Of a DNA stretch of 64,000 bases, positions 1-12,437 are shown piece by piece. The first letter of the stretch is position 1. Each line of letters begins with the position of its first letter. Source of the stretch: Paraphysomonas bandaiensis (taxonomy: Eukaryota > Protista > Chrysophyceae); assembly GCA_965644295.1 (NCBI GenBank), contig CBFFRP010000289.1, forward strand, positions 1 to 64,000, in the 5' to 3' direction. The notes beneath the pieces were generated by a model, which did no database searches, was not told the DNA's origin, and saw nothing but the letters and a program-made list of their open reading frames with translations. A program made the position numbers and the translations under genes.

Positions 1-451
1 CTCAATCCATTGTTCAACGTTAGTCTCGTTGAACTGAGGAACTACTCCTCTATCCTCCTTCTCTCCTCCTCGCTCGCTACCATGTTGGGAAATGCTCATT
101 TTACTTAGATCAAAGAGAGATTAAGTTGTTAGACTAGATAGATTTATTAATATCGTTTACACAAATTGTGTTAAACAACACAAGCTCGTTTTGTGCCATG
201 CATAAATCACTACTTCTGTAGACCTTTCGCTACTAAACATATCTTGAAAGAGCAAACTATTTCAGTTTTCTCAATATCATAACAGCATCTACACATCACC
301 ATACTTCACTGTATTCTCGTACATTGTCTTCAAGTACCACATTGAATATACTAGGATACAGTCCATATTCTAATATTATGTATACGTTGTTGTAGATGAC
401 GTTAGTAATTCGAACGAGGTTTTAATAATTTGAAATACATATATTCTTACA
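1..451 (-). mobile_element. 5' end of a Ty1/Copia LTR retrotransposon running off the left edge (putative 5' LTR about 83-451, PBS from 82 leftward, start of gag)
   Basis: On the minus strand ...CCCAACA is followed directly by TGGTAGCGAG (same PBS as at 9034), then a frame reading GVVPQFNETNVEQWIE, like a Copia gag N-terminus. The LTR start TGTAAGAATAT at 451 is a guess. Confidence 0.55.
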
Positions 452-583
452 AATATATAAGTTTCAATCAAGGAATATATATCGAGAATATATATCGAGA
501 ATATATATAAAGAGCTATAATTCTAATGAAGAACATGTAACACAACAGCCACGTTTAAATGAAGTAGACGACACATCTAATAG

Positions 584-2526
584 TTAAAATACTGACAAAG
601 TACTAGTCAACAAAGTACAGCTATGCCTTCGTCCTTTCGGGTCGTTACCTTTTTTTTTTACTTCTGTCGCATGATGCCGTATTTTCGAAATCCTTTTAAA
701 ATCATTATTGGTGCCAGCACAGACACTGTTATTAGACGCAACGTATCGCAGAGGGCGAAATGACGGCATTTGCTGAAATTTTTCAATTTCACTCGGCCGG
801 TGGTATTTTTGATCCAAACCCGTTCCATTATTGAGATATGGGTTTAGGTTGAAGCCGCGGCGTGCCTTGACATCCCAATCAATACGACCTTTAGTAGATT
901 CAACTACTTGCCCACCCATGCTGCGTATTTCCGTTAAAATCCAAATAAGATTATGACCAATACGGCAGGCGGTAATCACGAAGCACTCAAAATAAAATCA
1001 TAACTATATTACGTACCCCCCGAACATGGAGCCCACAGCACGATCAATGTTGTTTAAGTTGATAACCCTGTCGATAGCCCATATCCATTTCCATCGAACC
1101 TTAGAATACCGTGACGGGTTAATCGATATATCAGTCATGTATTTTAGAGTGGTACTCTTCTGACACAAGTATTGCTGTATAGATTTTACTGTATCATCTT
1201 CAAACTTTTGCGCTTTGTCAACATGTACGGTTGCCCCAGTGATGTCAAACTTCACCGCGCCTGTAAGAGTTTCCACAGTGCTGCTATTCAAGCTGTATAA
1301 CAGAAATATAAATGATTGAACGTAATTTATGAAGTACTTACGCACGGGACTTTCGTCGTTTATCAGATATATGCGCTGGATCTAGTGCTGCTGGTTTGCC
1401 CACCTCTAGGTTTTCCATGCTATCGAGTTCAGCTGAGATTCGTATATCAGAGATGTTGTGTTTATTTTAAAACCATACCATTAAATCGTCGCATAATCAT
1501 TTCCACTTCAGATCGGGTGGAATCTTTATACTGGGCATTGAGTGTAGCCAAGATATAGTCTGTGGCTAACTTTACTTTCTTCAGGCGATGAGCAGGGGTC
1601 TCAAGGGTTACAGGAATATGCAGCTTTTCCTCCAGAATTTTAAATATCTTCGAAGCAGGGGAATAGATTCGGTTAAACTCTTTTCCTGTAATAGTATCAT
1701 ACGGAATAATCTCAAATGTGTCACAATGCTCGTGGTAAAATACACACACTTGGGCATTCATGCGACACCTCCAAAAGAGTAATGGAGCGCTCACAACGCG
1801 TTTTCCTTGAAGTGGTGCAAGGCGCGCTGAGCGAGATTTAGGAGAAACATTCAGAGCGCTGCAACCATTTTGGAGCTTTAAGGAAGTAAACTGCACCTCT
1901 GAACCAGAACATTCACTATGATCGTCATTAGAAAAAAAAATATTCGAGCCTGAATTCGGAACACCCAGAGGTTGCAAAGAAGGAGAGCGAGGAGATAGTA
2001 GATCATCCATACTACGAGAACGCATACGACACAAGTGTTTCTTCGTATCAGTTTTCCTAGAAAGCGGTTCTAAATTTACGACATTTTTTTCTCTAGATAT
2101 CGCATGCACGTCAATATCATCAGTGCTCTGTTTTCGCATCAAGGAGGGATACCGTTCTTCTGCTCTTTCTTTCGAGTAGGGTCCAACTCCTTGCCATGCG
2201 TAACGAGGAGCACTCGAAGCAGCTTTACTTACACGAGATTTATGAATTGACTGCTCGTGCAACCTGTCTCCAAAGTCAACAAATCTCGAAATATTGATAA
2301 TGGCCTTCGCAATTCTTTGCACTCTGGGAATGCGGCGCCCTCCAGTGTTATTCTCATGTTCAATGTTCTTTTCATCGGCAGTTTCCTTTACTTCACTTTC
2401 TTGTTCGATGTGATTTTCATTTGAGGGGAGTTTATTCATCTCTTCAGGGTCATTATCGAGCATTGTGCTGCTTTGATGTGTTGTTGAAGTTGACTCACAA
2501 CTGAAGTCACTAATACACACATCCAT
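584..2526 (-). CDS. Multi-exon hypothetical protein (about 4 exons)
   Basis: ORFs 1462-2526, 1004-1345 and 584-979 appear joinable through GT..AG introns (about 1478-1432, 1341-1293, 1014-921). No family motif recognised. Confidence 0.6.
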
Positions 2527-2984
2527 TTCATAAAACTAGAACACAAGATGTAACTTTCATCTCTTCTTGAAGCGTATATTCACTCTTTTGCTTTGTTCAC
2601 TCTTGTGATTAGCTGTACCATGTCTAGTACACGCAGCCACAGTCTAGCAGCAGATCCGAGATGAGAATGCTCATCGTCAGATTATCAGAGTCACGTGATT
2701 GGACGACACACCACTTTCCTTCCGTAAGGCCGCTACTTACTTCCGAAACTATATTATATAGGGACACAACAAAAGACTTTTTTTTTCAGCAAAATTGTTT
2801 TTGTCGTTATAGTGGTGCACACAGAAATTTCTGATCATTCAATGCTCGCTTGATCTCACTGAATACACTGCGAAGCAAAGCATTAAGCATTGACACAAGT
2901 CACAAGTGACTGTGTAAAGTTGATAGCATGATATTTTATGCGTGGGTGCGTTGTCCCGAAAGTTGTCTGTGCAGGACATCCTTG

Positions 2985-3225
2985 ATCAAACAGCTCATGA
3001 AGCAATCTCGAGAGTCCAGTGAGGATCGCATAATTTCAAGAAGAAATGTCTACGAACGGATTGACTACGATAACACACCATGGGGACTTCTTCTGAGGAA
3101 TGCAAGGATAAGAGACCCCACAACTCGTGAAGGTATGGCGTTTGGTATTGTATTATGTACCATGTTACACTGCAGCAGTTCAGAACGCGTTTTCGAATTC
3201 CGTATCAAAAGTTTCAAGCACGATG
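2985..3225 (+). pseudogene. Possible PIF/Harbinger-type transposase N-terminal fragment
   Basis: YERIDYDNTPWGLLLRNARIRDPTTREG resembles, from memory, the W..WG.L.....DP.S.EG segment that precedes FRRRFR in stramenopile Harbinger-like transposases. Truncated by the repeat at about 3225. Confidence 0.4.
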
Positions 3226-3450
3226 TTTTTTATTGCCTTGATTAGCATCATCATCACATTTTTATAAACACTCTCAACCTCTGCGAGTGGACCTGATTTG
3301 AATGATGTGTGTATGAGATGAGGCACACAATCCTGATAAGCACGACGTGACGGACACCCTGAAAGAGCTGGGTGCTACTGCCTATACAGCATCAGATATG
3401 GCACTTAAACTATCCTGGAATATTCTTGAACTTGTTTTGAAGTCCAAGCT
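3225..3450 (+). repeat. Dispersed repeat, copy 1 (inverted relative to 7870-8103)
   Basis: TTATTGCCTT(G/A)ATTAGCATCATCATCACATTT ... GCATCAGATATGG(C/T)ACTTAAACT ... AATATTCTTGAA aligns with the reverse complement of 7870-8103. Confidence 0.8.
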
Positions 3451-4620
3451 GGTTATGGTTATAGTCGAAGCGAAATGTCAGAATTCACAGTGCAACACTG
3501 TCACCAATATGTGGATGCGGTCACTGCTGCGAACGGGAAATCGCTACGAATCAGTCTGAACGACTTATAAAGGCCAAATGCACTTCTTAACACCGAAGGA
3601 TTATGTCTGGGCGGAGAACACCAGGTCAACAATTAGCAAGACTTCTGAGATGAGGTTCAGGCGTGCGGAGGCCGCAGATCTGACACGACCAAGCACTATG
3701 GCTCGGAAGTTCCTTGCTCATATACGGCTGACTGCGTCCACTCAGGTGGAGAGGATGTTGAAGACTGAGATGAGATCGGCTTCGACCCCTGGGAAGGGCT
3801 TACAAAACCTTTAGCTTATTCAAGGATGGAAAGGAGAGAGGATTCTCGGCTCGTCATGAAGAGAGGGTGCCCTTCGGGGTTACCCTGTTGTATGAGAGCA
3901 AGCCTGATCTAATGATAGGCTCAGATCAATAAGTCATAATTTAAAGGTTGACTATATGAGTGATGAATATGGCTAAAAAACCGTTCATAATAGAGCCCCC
4001 CCTTCCAATGCTCCAATGTTAACTGATTGAAATCCAGCGAACATTCCGTTATACAAATGCTTTGATTATGATTGCTTGTTGGGTAAAGAAAGCAACCAAG
4101 AAAATATTGCTGTTGCATAGATTGCATGGATCGGCTGATAGATTAACGAATATGACCATGAGGACATGAACATGATGAGCGAGAGATGTCAATTGTTTTG
4201 AATAATACTGTAAACATATCTATTTCGAGATACGAATATATTCAAGACCTCAAAGGAGTGAACATGAAGTTGTTTATAGTCAAGATATTAAATATTTAGG
4301 TATAGGAAGGGTTTGAATATATTGCATCGCCTACGTTTGAATATTACTTCTGCATCACTTGTAACCATTTCTGTTATTACAATGAATATCAGCGCCTATT
4401 AAAGAACTATTAAGTGTTAACAGCATTTATTCTTCGAATTTTGAATCATTAGGTAGACGCGTAGATAGACAAAAATTGAATTGATTACCTCTATTACGAC
4501 GCATATTGATATAATAAACCGTGCTACTTCGAAATAACACTTTTGTACTTTGAACCAAACTCAATAATCTTTATATTATAGTTTCAGCCTAATATGATGC
4601 ACAGAACGTAGTCATCTTTG

Positions 4621-5710
4621 TTATCTACTGTTTGGAGGCCTTGGCTCGATGCAATACGTGAAGTTCGGGGAAATCGCATCTGGTGAATGATAATTCTTAT
4701 ACAGTCGCAAAAGATTCCTTTCCAGCATCGTGACAGTTACTTTTCCCACCTGAGGTATATACCGAACCCCAGGAACAGTTCTCAAAAGGTCATCTGAATC
4801 CATATTTTTGAAAGATGAAACATTTATCACCACGGTGTTCGGTTTAATCCACTCCACCGGGAGACGATAAGACGGTGTTGGTACTCCCGTGACAACTACA
4901 TCAGACATTCGCACAGCCTGCTCCAGAGTCATATTGGGCTTTTCCATGAGTCCTCGTCTCATAAAATAAATGGAATCAATATCGACAGAATAAATATCTG
5001 CCCCATCGTTTGCCAACATAGCAGCGAGGGGTCTCCCTACGATCTCCGAGCGATTTATAATTGTGACAACTTTCCCGTACATTCTGTTGCCTGTTGGAAG
5101 ATCTCTGTCATATACACATAAGTGCTCTAACACTTTCACGCATGCCAAAGGGGTGCATGGGAGAACAGACTTTAGATTCTCAGCCTCATCCATGTAGCGC
5201 ACATTACGATATAGGTTATAGCGATACGTGAAGCATAGCCCTTCAACATCCTTTTTGTATGACACTGAATCGCGCAAGTAATCATCCATACTACCGCCAT
5301 AGAATGAAGGAGATTGACCTACAACGACCAAATTTTACAATTACTAAAAACAACATCATCATGACCTCACCAAAAACAGGATAGTATATAATAATTCCAT
5401 GAACTCGATGATCTTCATTTGCTTCGTACAACTTCCATTCAAGTTGAGATTCAGACACCTTACGGAGTTCGAATGCTATTCCCGTAGACTCACAACTTCT
5501 TTTTGTCCATTCCGCGTACTTTATGGCGGCCGGATCCTGTATAAAGTAAATATATATATATATATATATCTACTGTGCACATACTTCATTGGCCAGAAAT
5601 CCCACCAATAGGGGTCCATTTTCAGAATTTTTCCAGTGTGCAGCTTCCTCTGCGAGTGACACTAGGTACGGATCTGCCACCTCTGCTGCATTAATTTTTA
5701 CACCGCTCAT
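4621..5710 (-). CDS. MTD1: NAD-dependent 5,10-methylenetetrahydrofolate dehydrogenase (yeast Mtd1 type); exons 5710-5585, 5536-5371, 5318-4621
   Basis: GPLLVGFLANE/DPAA, DVEGL...NLYRNVRY...LKSVLPCTPLA, INRSEIVGRPLAAMLANDGA, PQVGKVTVTMLERNL closely follow yeast Mtd1. Canonical splice sites keep the frame. Confidence 0.93.
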
Positions 5711-6639
5711 CTCTCAGTATGCCAACAGATATTTCCTCTTGTTTTACGTTAAATGGGTTGGAAGTAATAAGATGCACCTGTTTGCTGCAGAGTTAAAAAA
5801 TTCTCCCTGTCACTTCGTTGGTATGCCGGCATGTTTCATAGATCAGTTCTGAAGATATTCTTCTCACGCCATACACAAGTATGTGTGCTGTTCTTTAATA
5901 TCCACTGAAAGGAAAGTATTCCCAAACAGTGAATTGTGATTGGATATAAAGTATGTCAGAAAACGAGTTGTCAGGAGGAGCAGCAGCACAGTAATTTCAT
6001 TTGGTATTTACAAATCAATCGTTAATACAATGTTTTGATTTGATACAGTCTGTTCAAGCAAGTCACTTGCAGTCATAAGGTTCACATAGTGAGACTTATG
6101 CCATGCAGGCAGGGAAAATTAATTACTAATACGAGCGTTCATCCAAACTTTAAACTTATAGTTATGCTGTATATGATTGAAAGTTTTACGGCTTGGGGTC
6201 GGCTTTCCACCACTTATTTTCAAGTCGTGCTATGTAACGAAATACAAGCTAAGGGAGGCTGATATATGAGGAGAAACTGTTACACAGTTTTAATGACACG
6301 AGAATTTGGGAATGATGGATACTTAAAATGTAGCAAATCGAACTACCTACTACGAAATAGTTGCAACCTGCAGCTCCAAGAGGGCACCCTACAACAAATC
6401 CTACGTTCAATTGAGCTGCCACATAATCTACGGCTGCTAATTTCCTTCCAATCATGCATCCCAGTGGAACTCCCACTGGTACTCCAACTTTAGCATCAGA
6501 CTCGTCAAATCTACCGGTATATTCTGTAGATAGTGTGGTGCAATATCTTCCCTTCTGACATTATACTTTAGGTTTTCAAGTCATAACGCCGTCCGAATTC
6601 TTGAAGAATTCTATTATCGTTATAGCATATTTATTAACC

Positions 6640-7200
6640 CTAGCAGATTGTTCAATATTTCAACCTCCGCCATTGCTATCAGTATCATCAACGACGTTGA
6701 GCGCAGAAGGTGGCACGCTTTTTCTTGTGTGATATTACGTACACGATTTACTTTTGTGGTACATTCATATCAAGTAAATGCTGCAGAACTTGAGCTTTAT
6801 CTGGCAACTGGACACTCAAAAGTTCTTTGCAATTGCAGATTTACAGCACATCTTCAAGAAGAGAGTATCAACTTTTACCTAGCTGCGTTAGTTAAGGTCA
6901 GTGTTATAATTGTTCAGTTGCTGCCCGTATCATTTCAATAATTGCAATAGCTGTAGTTGACTGTCTGTCTGAATCAAGCAGTAGTACAGGTAGCACCTAG
7001 ACACCTTGAAATGTTGATGTTTCTGCGTGAAAATCGGCATCTTTGGGATAAGATTATAGTTCAGAAGGTTATTCTAAAATCTAGCTATAGTATGGAAGGC
7101 AATTAATTGGCAATAATTGGATGCTTGCTTAATAATTGCAATAATTATTGCAGGACATCTCTCACCAATTAATTGCCAATTAATAGTTACGCGAGCTTGG
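6640..7200 (+). mobile_element. Degenerate hAT-like relic
   Basis: Subterminal AATTAATTG/AATAATTGCAAT repeats and an end (CAATTAATAGTTACGCGAGCTTG) resembling the right TIR at 18776-18797. SIINDVER echoes the hAT dimerisation motif. Confidence 0.4.
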
Positions 7201-7869
7201 TAGTACAGCTAATAATATCGTAAGTGGCGTATTGGTGGGTCTAATACCTAATACTAAGCGTTGCGCTATACTTGTTTTTCCAGCAGAAATTATTAACGAA
7301 TTAGGATGTGCAAGTTCTTTAAGAAAAGAAACTAAATTGTTGACGAAAACTGTAAAAAATAGCTTCACGATTTCGTATGTAGGTATTGTTATTATTGTAT
7401 TTTTTCCTGAATACGAAGTAATGAAATGATTTCTTTTGTGATGAAATACTCAACTTGTTATATACTGTGACAATGTAGTATGTGTTGAGATCTGAAGATT
7501 CTATATACTTGCAATTGAGTGCAGTATTATGTGAGATGCAAGGATCGAAAGATATATATGTAATTATTCCCATTTTGTCTCAAAAAATGCTTTTTTTGAC
7601 CTGATTTGGGCTCAACAGGGCGCTCATATCAGCACCGGGCAAATATAGACATTCAACTTCAATTTTCGGTTGAACAGAAGCTCACTTCTATCTTCATTAT
7701 GATAATGACAGTCGAATGTACGTGATTTTATTATAGTACACAATTATAGAGAAACCACAATCATGAGCCAAATATCAAGAGCAAATCATCTAACACTCCA
7801 GGTTATATTCCATCCTTCGACTGCTGTAGAAGATCACAACGATGTCAGTGCAAGTGATCTGTCTTCATA

Positions 7870-8103
7870 TCCAGGACTTCGAAACAACTTCAAGAATATT
7901 ACAGGAGAGTTTAAGTACCATATCTGATGCTATATAGGTGGTTAGGAGCAGTGGCACCCAGTTCTTTCAGGGTTGGAGCCATATCATGCTTCTCAGGATA
8001 TTGTGTGTCTCATATCATACACACATCCTTCGATAAGGTGCACTTGCAGAGGTAAAGCCTGCTGTATATAAATGTGATGATGATGCTAATTAAGGCAATA
8101 AGA
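7870..8103 (-). repeat. Dispersed repeat, copy 2 (see 3225-3450)
   Basis: Reverse-complement similarity to 3225-3450 over about 230 bp. Confidence 0.8.
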
Positions 8104-8298
8104 ATCCTCTCTGTCATCTTCAACTGTTTACATTTATCATCACACTTACAGTATACATATCATTCATTTGAAACTATATGAGTTCTCAATTGTGTTATTA
8201 ATTTAATCAAGGAACATCTATTCTTTAATACAGCAAGCATGCTACAAATAGCTATACAATCTAATATTAACTTTTCAACGTCATGAGGATAACCTACA

Positions 8299-8419
8299 AT
8301 TTAACCTAGGGATAAGGAGGATCGTCCCGCGCTCTAAATTATAAAACTCGGGCTTTTCGCCCTCGTTTCAAAATTTTGAGCGCGGGACGATATAGCCTCC
8401 TTATTGCCCGTGGTTAAAT
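8299..8419. mobile_element. Palindromic MITE-like element (about 120 bp)
   Basis: ATTTAACC..ATAAGGAGG ATCGTCCCGCGCTC pairs with GAGCGCGGGACGAT..CCTCCTTAT..GGTTAAAT; apical GGGC-TTTTC-GCCC. Confidence 0.75.
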
Positions 8420-8768
8420 ATAACTATAGTACATTATATATATTGTGTAGTATGAAACTGAAATAGAAGTGGGTGACTATACAGGATACGATCACTGAGT
8501 GTGCGGTTTGTACACTATAGTAGTAATTGAATGGTCTTGAACGCATCGAATACAACTTAGGTTCTATAATATTATGTAATGCTTATAATTTTATCTTATC
8601 AATTGATAATAGCAAACCTTAGCAAATAATGTCAACTTCTGTTAGTATGTATAACATAATTTAATACTTCATGTCCATTAACCATGATCCACACGCACGT
8701 AGCGACAATGAAATATATATAATTACAGAATCCAGTTTTTTTTCATTCTATATTTCCTCTGTACACAG

Positions 8769-10853
8769 TATTAGGATTCATCTTAATACATGATTGTATC
8801 TGTGAGTTATAATGTTCAATGAAATACACCATGAACTGAATTAGAGAGAGTATCTGTCGAAGATACGTGATCGTCATCATAACGTCGTCATTATCAGTTA
8901 CACTTCTAACTATTCCGTTGTGCATGATAGTACGTCCTATATTGTTATTCATAATTTTCACTCTATCGTGTTCATTACTTACACTCTAATAATCACAACA
9001 TTGTTTTACTATAATAAAGATCAATTCTTTATTTGGTAGCGAGTAACTGAAACTCAAATTGCACCAAATCGATTTCACAACTGCGTACATCAATGCTGAC
9101 CTCGAAGAGGACATATGCATGCATCCCCCTCCTGGCATGGACGTCCCTGACGGAAAAGTCCTCAAACTGATGAAAAGCATCTATGGTCTAAAGCAAGCAG
9201 GTCTTAACTGGTATAAGTGCTGTACAAATTTTATGCTAGATATGGGTTTCACCAGACTAATATCTGACCCGTGTATATTCAAAAAGCAGATTAATGGCAG
9301 GATTATGCTAATAGCCATGTATGTGGATGATATTATTATAGCATCTACATCCGACACTGATATCCAACAATTCAAAGACCATTTATCCAAAAAGTTCGAA
9401 ATTACGGATCTCGGACTCCTAGATTATTACTTGGGCATCTCCATTCATCAAGATTTTGACAAAAATATCACGACTCTCAGTCAGGAGCAGTATGTCAGAA
9501 AACTACTGGACAAATTCAATATGTCCAACTGTAAACCCATGTCAACACCTATGTTACTGTCTTTCAACTATGATTTACATGAATACAATCATCTTTCAGA
9601 GTCAAATCAAAGTTATGTTCAGAATTTCCCCTACAAGGAGCTCATAGGTTCCCTGATGTATCTAGCTGTATGCACTCGACCGGATATCGCCTACGCAGTC
9701 AATACTCTTGCCAGATTTTCTGATATGCCTATAATCTAACTACCTGTAATGCTGCGTTACATGTTCTTAGGTATCTCAAAGGCACTGCTAAGCAAGGATT
9801 GATATATTCTGGATCCCACATAACATTGTCAGGATACTGCGATAGCGATTGGGCACGATGTCACCTCACTCGACGGTCCACTACAGCTTTTACATTCTTC
9901 ATAGGTAATTGTCTTATATCATGGCAATCTCGATTACAGACAACTGTGGCATTGTCATCTACTGAAGCTGAGTATATGGCTCTATCGTCAGCAGCTCAGG
10001 AAGCATTATGGCTACGCTCTTTATTATCAGAAATTGGTTTCAAACTTCCATTCTCAACAACTATTTGGTGCGATAATAAAGGTGCAGTCCTATTATGTTA
10101 CAATCCTACTCATCATCGACGTACAAAACATATCGCGATTCGATATCACTTCATCCGTGAGCATATTGCCGAGAACATTTTGACTGTTGATCATATATCC
10201 ACGAAGTCAATGTTAGCCGACCTCCTTACGAAACCACTAGGAGCAAATAACTTCCGCACATTGCGAACTACATTGATGGGGGGAGCTGGGTTCGACATCC
10301 CATCCAGCAGCAACAGAAAGCGATCAACAACCTCAGAGACACCTAAATCACAATTACCAAGCCACAAGCGACCTAGGTGGCTAGTTTGAGTTACACGGAT
10401 TTTTTACCATTTTTTTTACTTTTATTCAATACATGATGCTGGACTAGAAGGATGGTCTCACAATATGGCATCTCTGCAGTTCGCTTATTATTGACTAGTG
10501 ACTGCTACTCTGGTTTTTACTCTCAGTGTGCATAAGTTCATATTCTCTCTATTATCTACGGTTCACTGATTATTTCATTGAGGGGGCGTATTAGGATTCA
10601 TCTTAATACATGATTGTATCTGTGAGTTATAATGTTCAATGAAATACACCATGAACTGAATTAGAGAGAGTATCTGTCGAAGATACGTGATCGTCATCAT
10701 AACGTCGTCATTATCAGTTACACTTCTAACTATTCCGTTGTGCATGATAGTACGTCCTATATTGTTATTCATAATTTTCACTCTATCGTGTTCATTACTT
10801 ACACTCTAATAATCACAACATTGTTTTACTATAATAAAGATCAATTCTTTATT
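8769..10853 (+). mobile_element. Internally deleted, non-autonomous Ty1/Copia LTR retrotransposon (2085 bp)
   Basis: Two identical 265-bp LTRs (8769-9033, 10589-10853), 5-bp TSD CACAG (8764-8768, 10854-10858), PBS TGGTAGCGAG at 9034, PPT GAGGGGGCG before the 3' LTR. Interior holds only RT-RNase H. Confidence 0.95.
9053..10389 (+). pseudogene. Copia reverse transcriptase/RNase H remnant, frameshifted near 9731
   Basis: HQIDFTTAYIN, LMKSIYGLKQA, YVDD, CTRPDIAYAV, YCDSDWA, STEAEY, CDNKGA, RTKHI, LADLLTK. A 2-nt insertion splits the ORF. Gag, protease and integrase are absent. Confidence 0.93.
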
Positions 10854-11066
10854 CACAGGGCTTTGACAGATGTAATATGGCGAGTATTTCTCACATTGAA
10901 GTCATCAGCTAACTAAATGAAAAGGAGGAGTCTCGGTAATAACATCCAATATACCATGATATACACATTTCTATACTCTATTATAAATTAGAGTGGCAAA
11001 GTTCTACTAAACACTACAGAAAAAGCGGTCATGGATGACACAGTAATATAACATGCACTCTGTACA

Positions 11067-12203
11067 CTACGGGTATGTTATCAACGGGCTGGCATAGGAT
11101 GATGGTCTACGCGTTAACGGAAGCAATTTTTCAGTTTCTCTCTCGGTGGCAGGTATAACCGGGTTGAGACCTAGCGCTTTGATTAGACCTTTCGTAATTG
11201 GTATCATCCACATCACAGACAGGCCCCACAGCAACATAATAACAGCAGGATACAAGACTCTTTCTGGACCACTCATTATTGCCCAAGTTTGTTCAGGGTA
11301 GGTGACAATATCGCTGTGAAATATCCATAACCACACCGGGAAAAGCGCAATACGGAATACAAGGAAACCCAACCAAAGTGCAAAGCCTGCGAATGCGGTT
11401 ACAATCTTCGCATAGTAATGATCAGGAGGAAAACAATTAAGAGAAATGCCTAAAATTGATAATGGTCCAGTAGTTAGTTCACAGCAGCCTGCTAACAGAC
11501 CCCAGAAGTGCATGTGATGCACAACTAGCGCATTTGCAAAACACACAGTGGAGAAAATATGATGAGCGGTCATTTGCCATAACAGACCCTTCTCGTTGTC
11601 CCAAAGTAAAATCGTTTGCACTGGTATATGCAGCAACATCCGAGAAACATACAGGTACATAAACCAGTAGGAGGATGGCGTGGACTCAGACCAGCGAGCG
11701 TCTACTGTATTTTCGTCTAACAGCTCCATGGACCCGGACACGGCAATGTAGGCAATAATTGGGAAAAACACAACCGAAAATAAATCATCAGCTACATTGA
11801 GGCGTCGCTTAAAATTCATTTCGCTAGCAGGGACTCGGATCTTCTCTTCGTACACGGGGATATCGAGCCCATACGACAACAGGATGCCTGCCAGCATGCC
11901 CATGCCGACAATGAGTAGGGCGAAGACAAAGCTTGGCTCTGTACCCATTACCAATAGTAATCCGGTGTATATTGCAAAAAATAACCCTGCCTATACTATA
12001 TGGGAGGTGATATGGACTCCTTAACCAATGTTTCATATACGCACATATGCAGTATGCAGTATGCGTGGTGTGTGTATGTATCTTCGCACTCTACCCACCG
12101 CCGTTGTACAGAAATACAGTGCGTATATCTTCTCACTCCCTAAAACTGTGAAGCAAGAATAGTACGACGACTCCTCCCATATACTTGGAATGCCCAAGCA
12201 CAT
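11067..12203 (-). CDS. TLC (TRAM/LAG1/CLN8) domain membrane protein, 2 exons
   Basis: Several TM helices with TAHHI, GCCELTT and FLVFRI motifs. Exon 1 MCLGIPSIW...CTTA splices to AGLFFAIY. Confidence 0.8.
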
Positions 12204-12437
12204 TAAATGATTAATTCTTCACGTACTATCTGTCTATTCATACCTTTAAATCTGAGTTACCTTGAAATCGTTGTCACACAATTCTTTTGGCCAAAGTCAA
12301 GACCTCCTTAAAACCGTTCTTGCCAAGTATTCTATAAGACTACAGTGCTGTATACCAGATCATTATGCTACCTAGCTACAGAGCAAAGTAGATACATATG
12401 ACACTGGCATGTACACTTCTCTCTTGTAGTGATTAGT

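Noticed and set aside
8743-8961. Repeated small ORF MKIMNNN.../MHNG.VRSVTDN (also 10575, 44436, 54214)
   Set aside because: Antisense reading of the LTR; ends differ between copies, so not a conserved gene.
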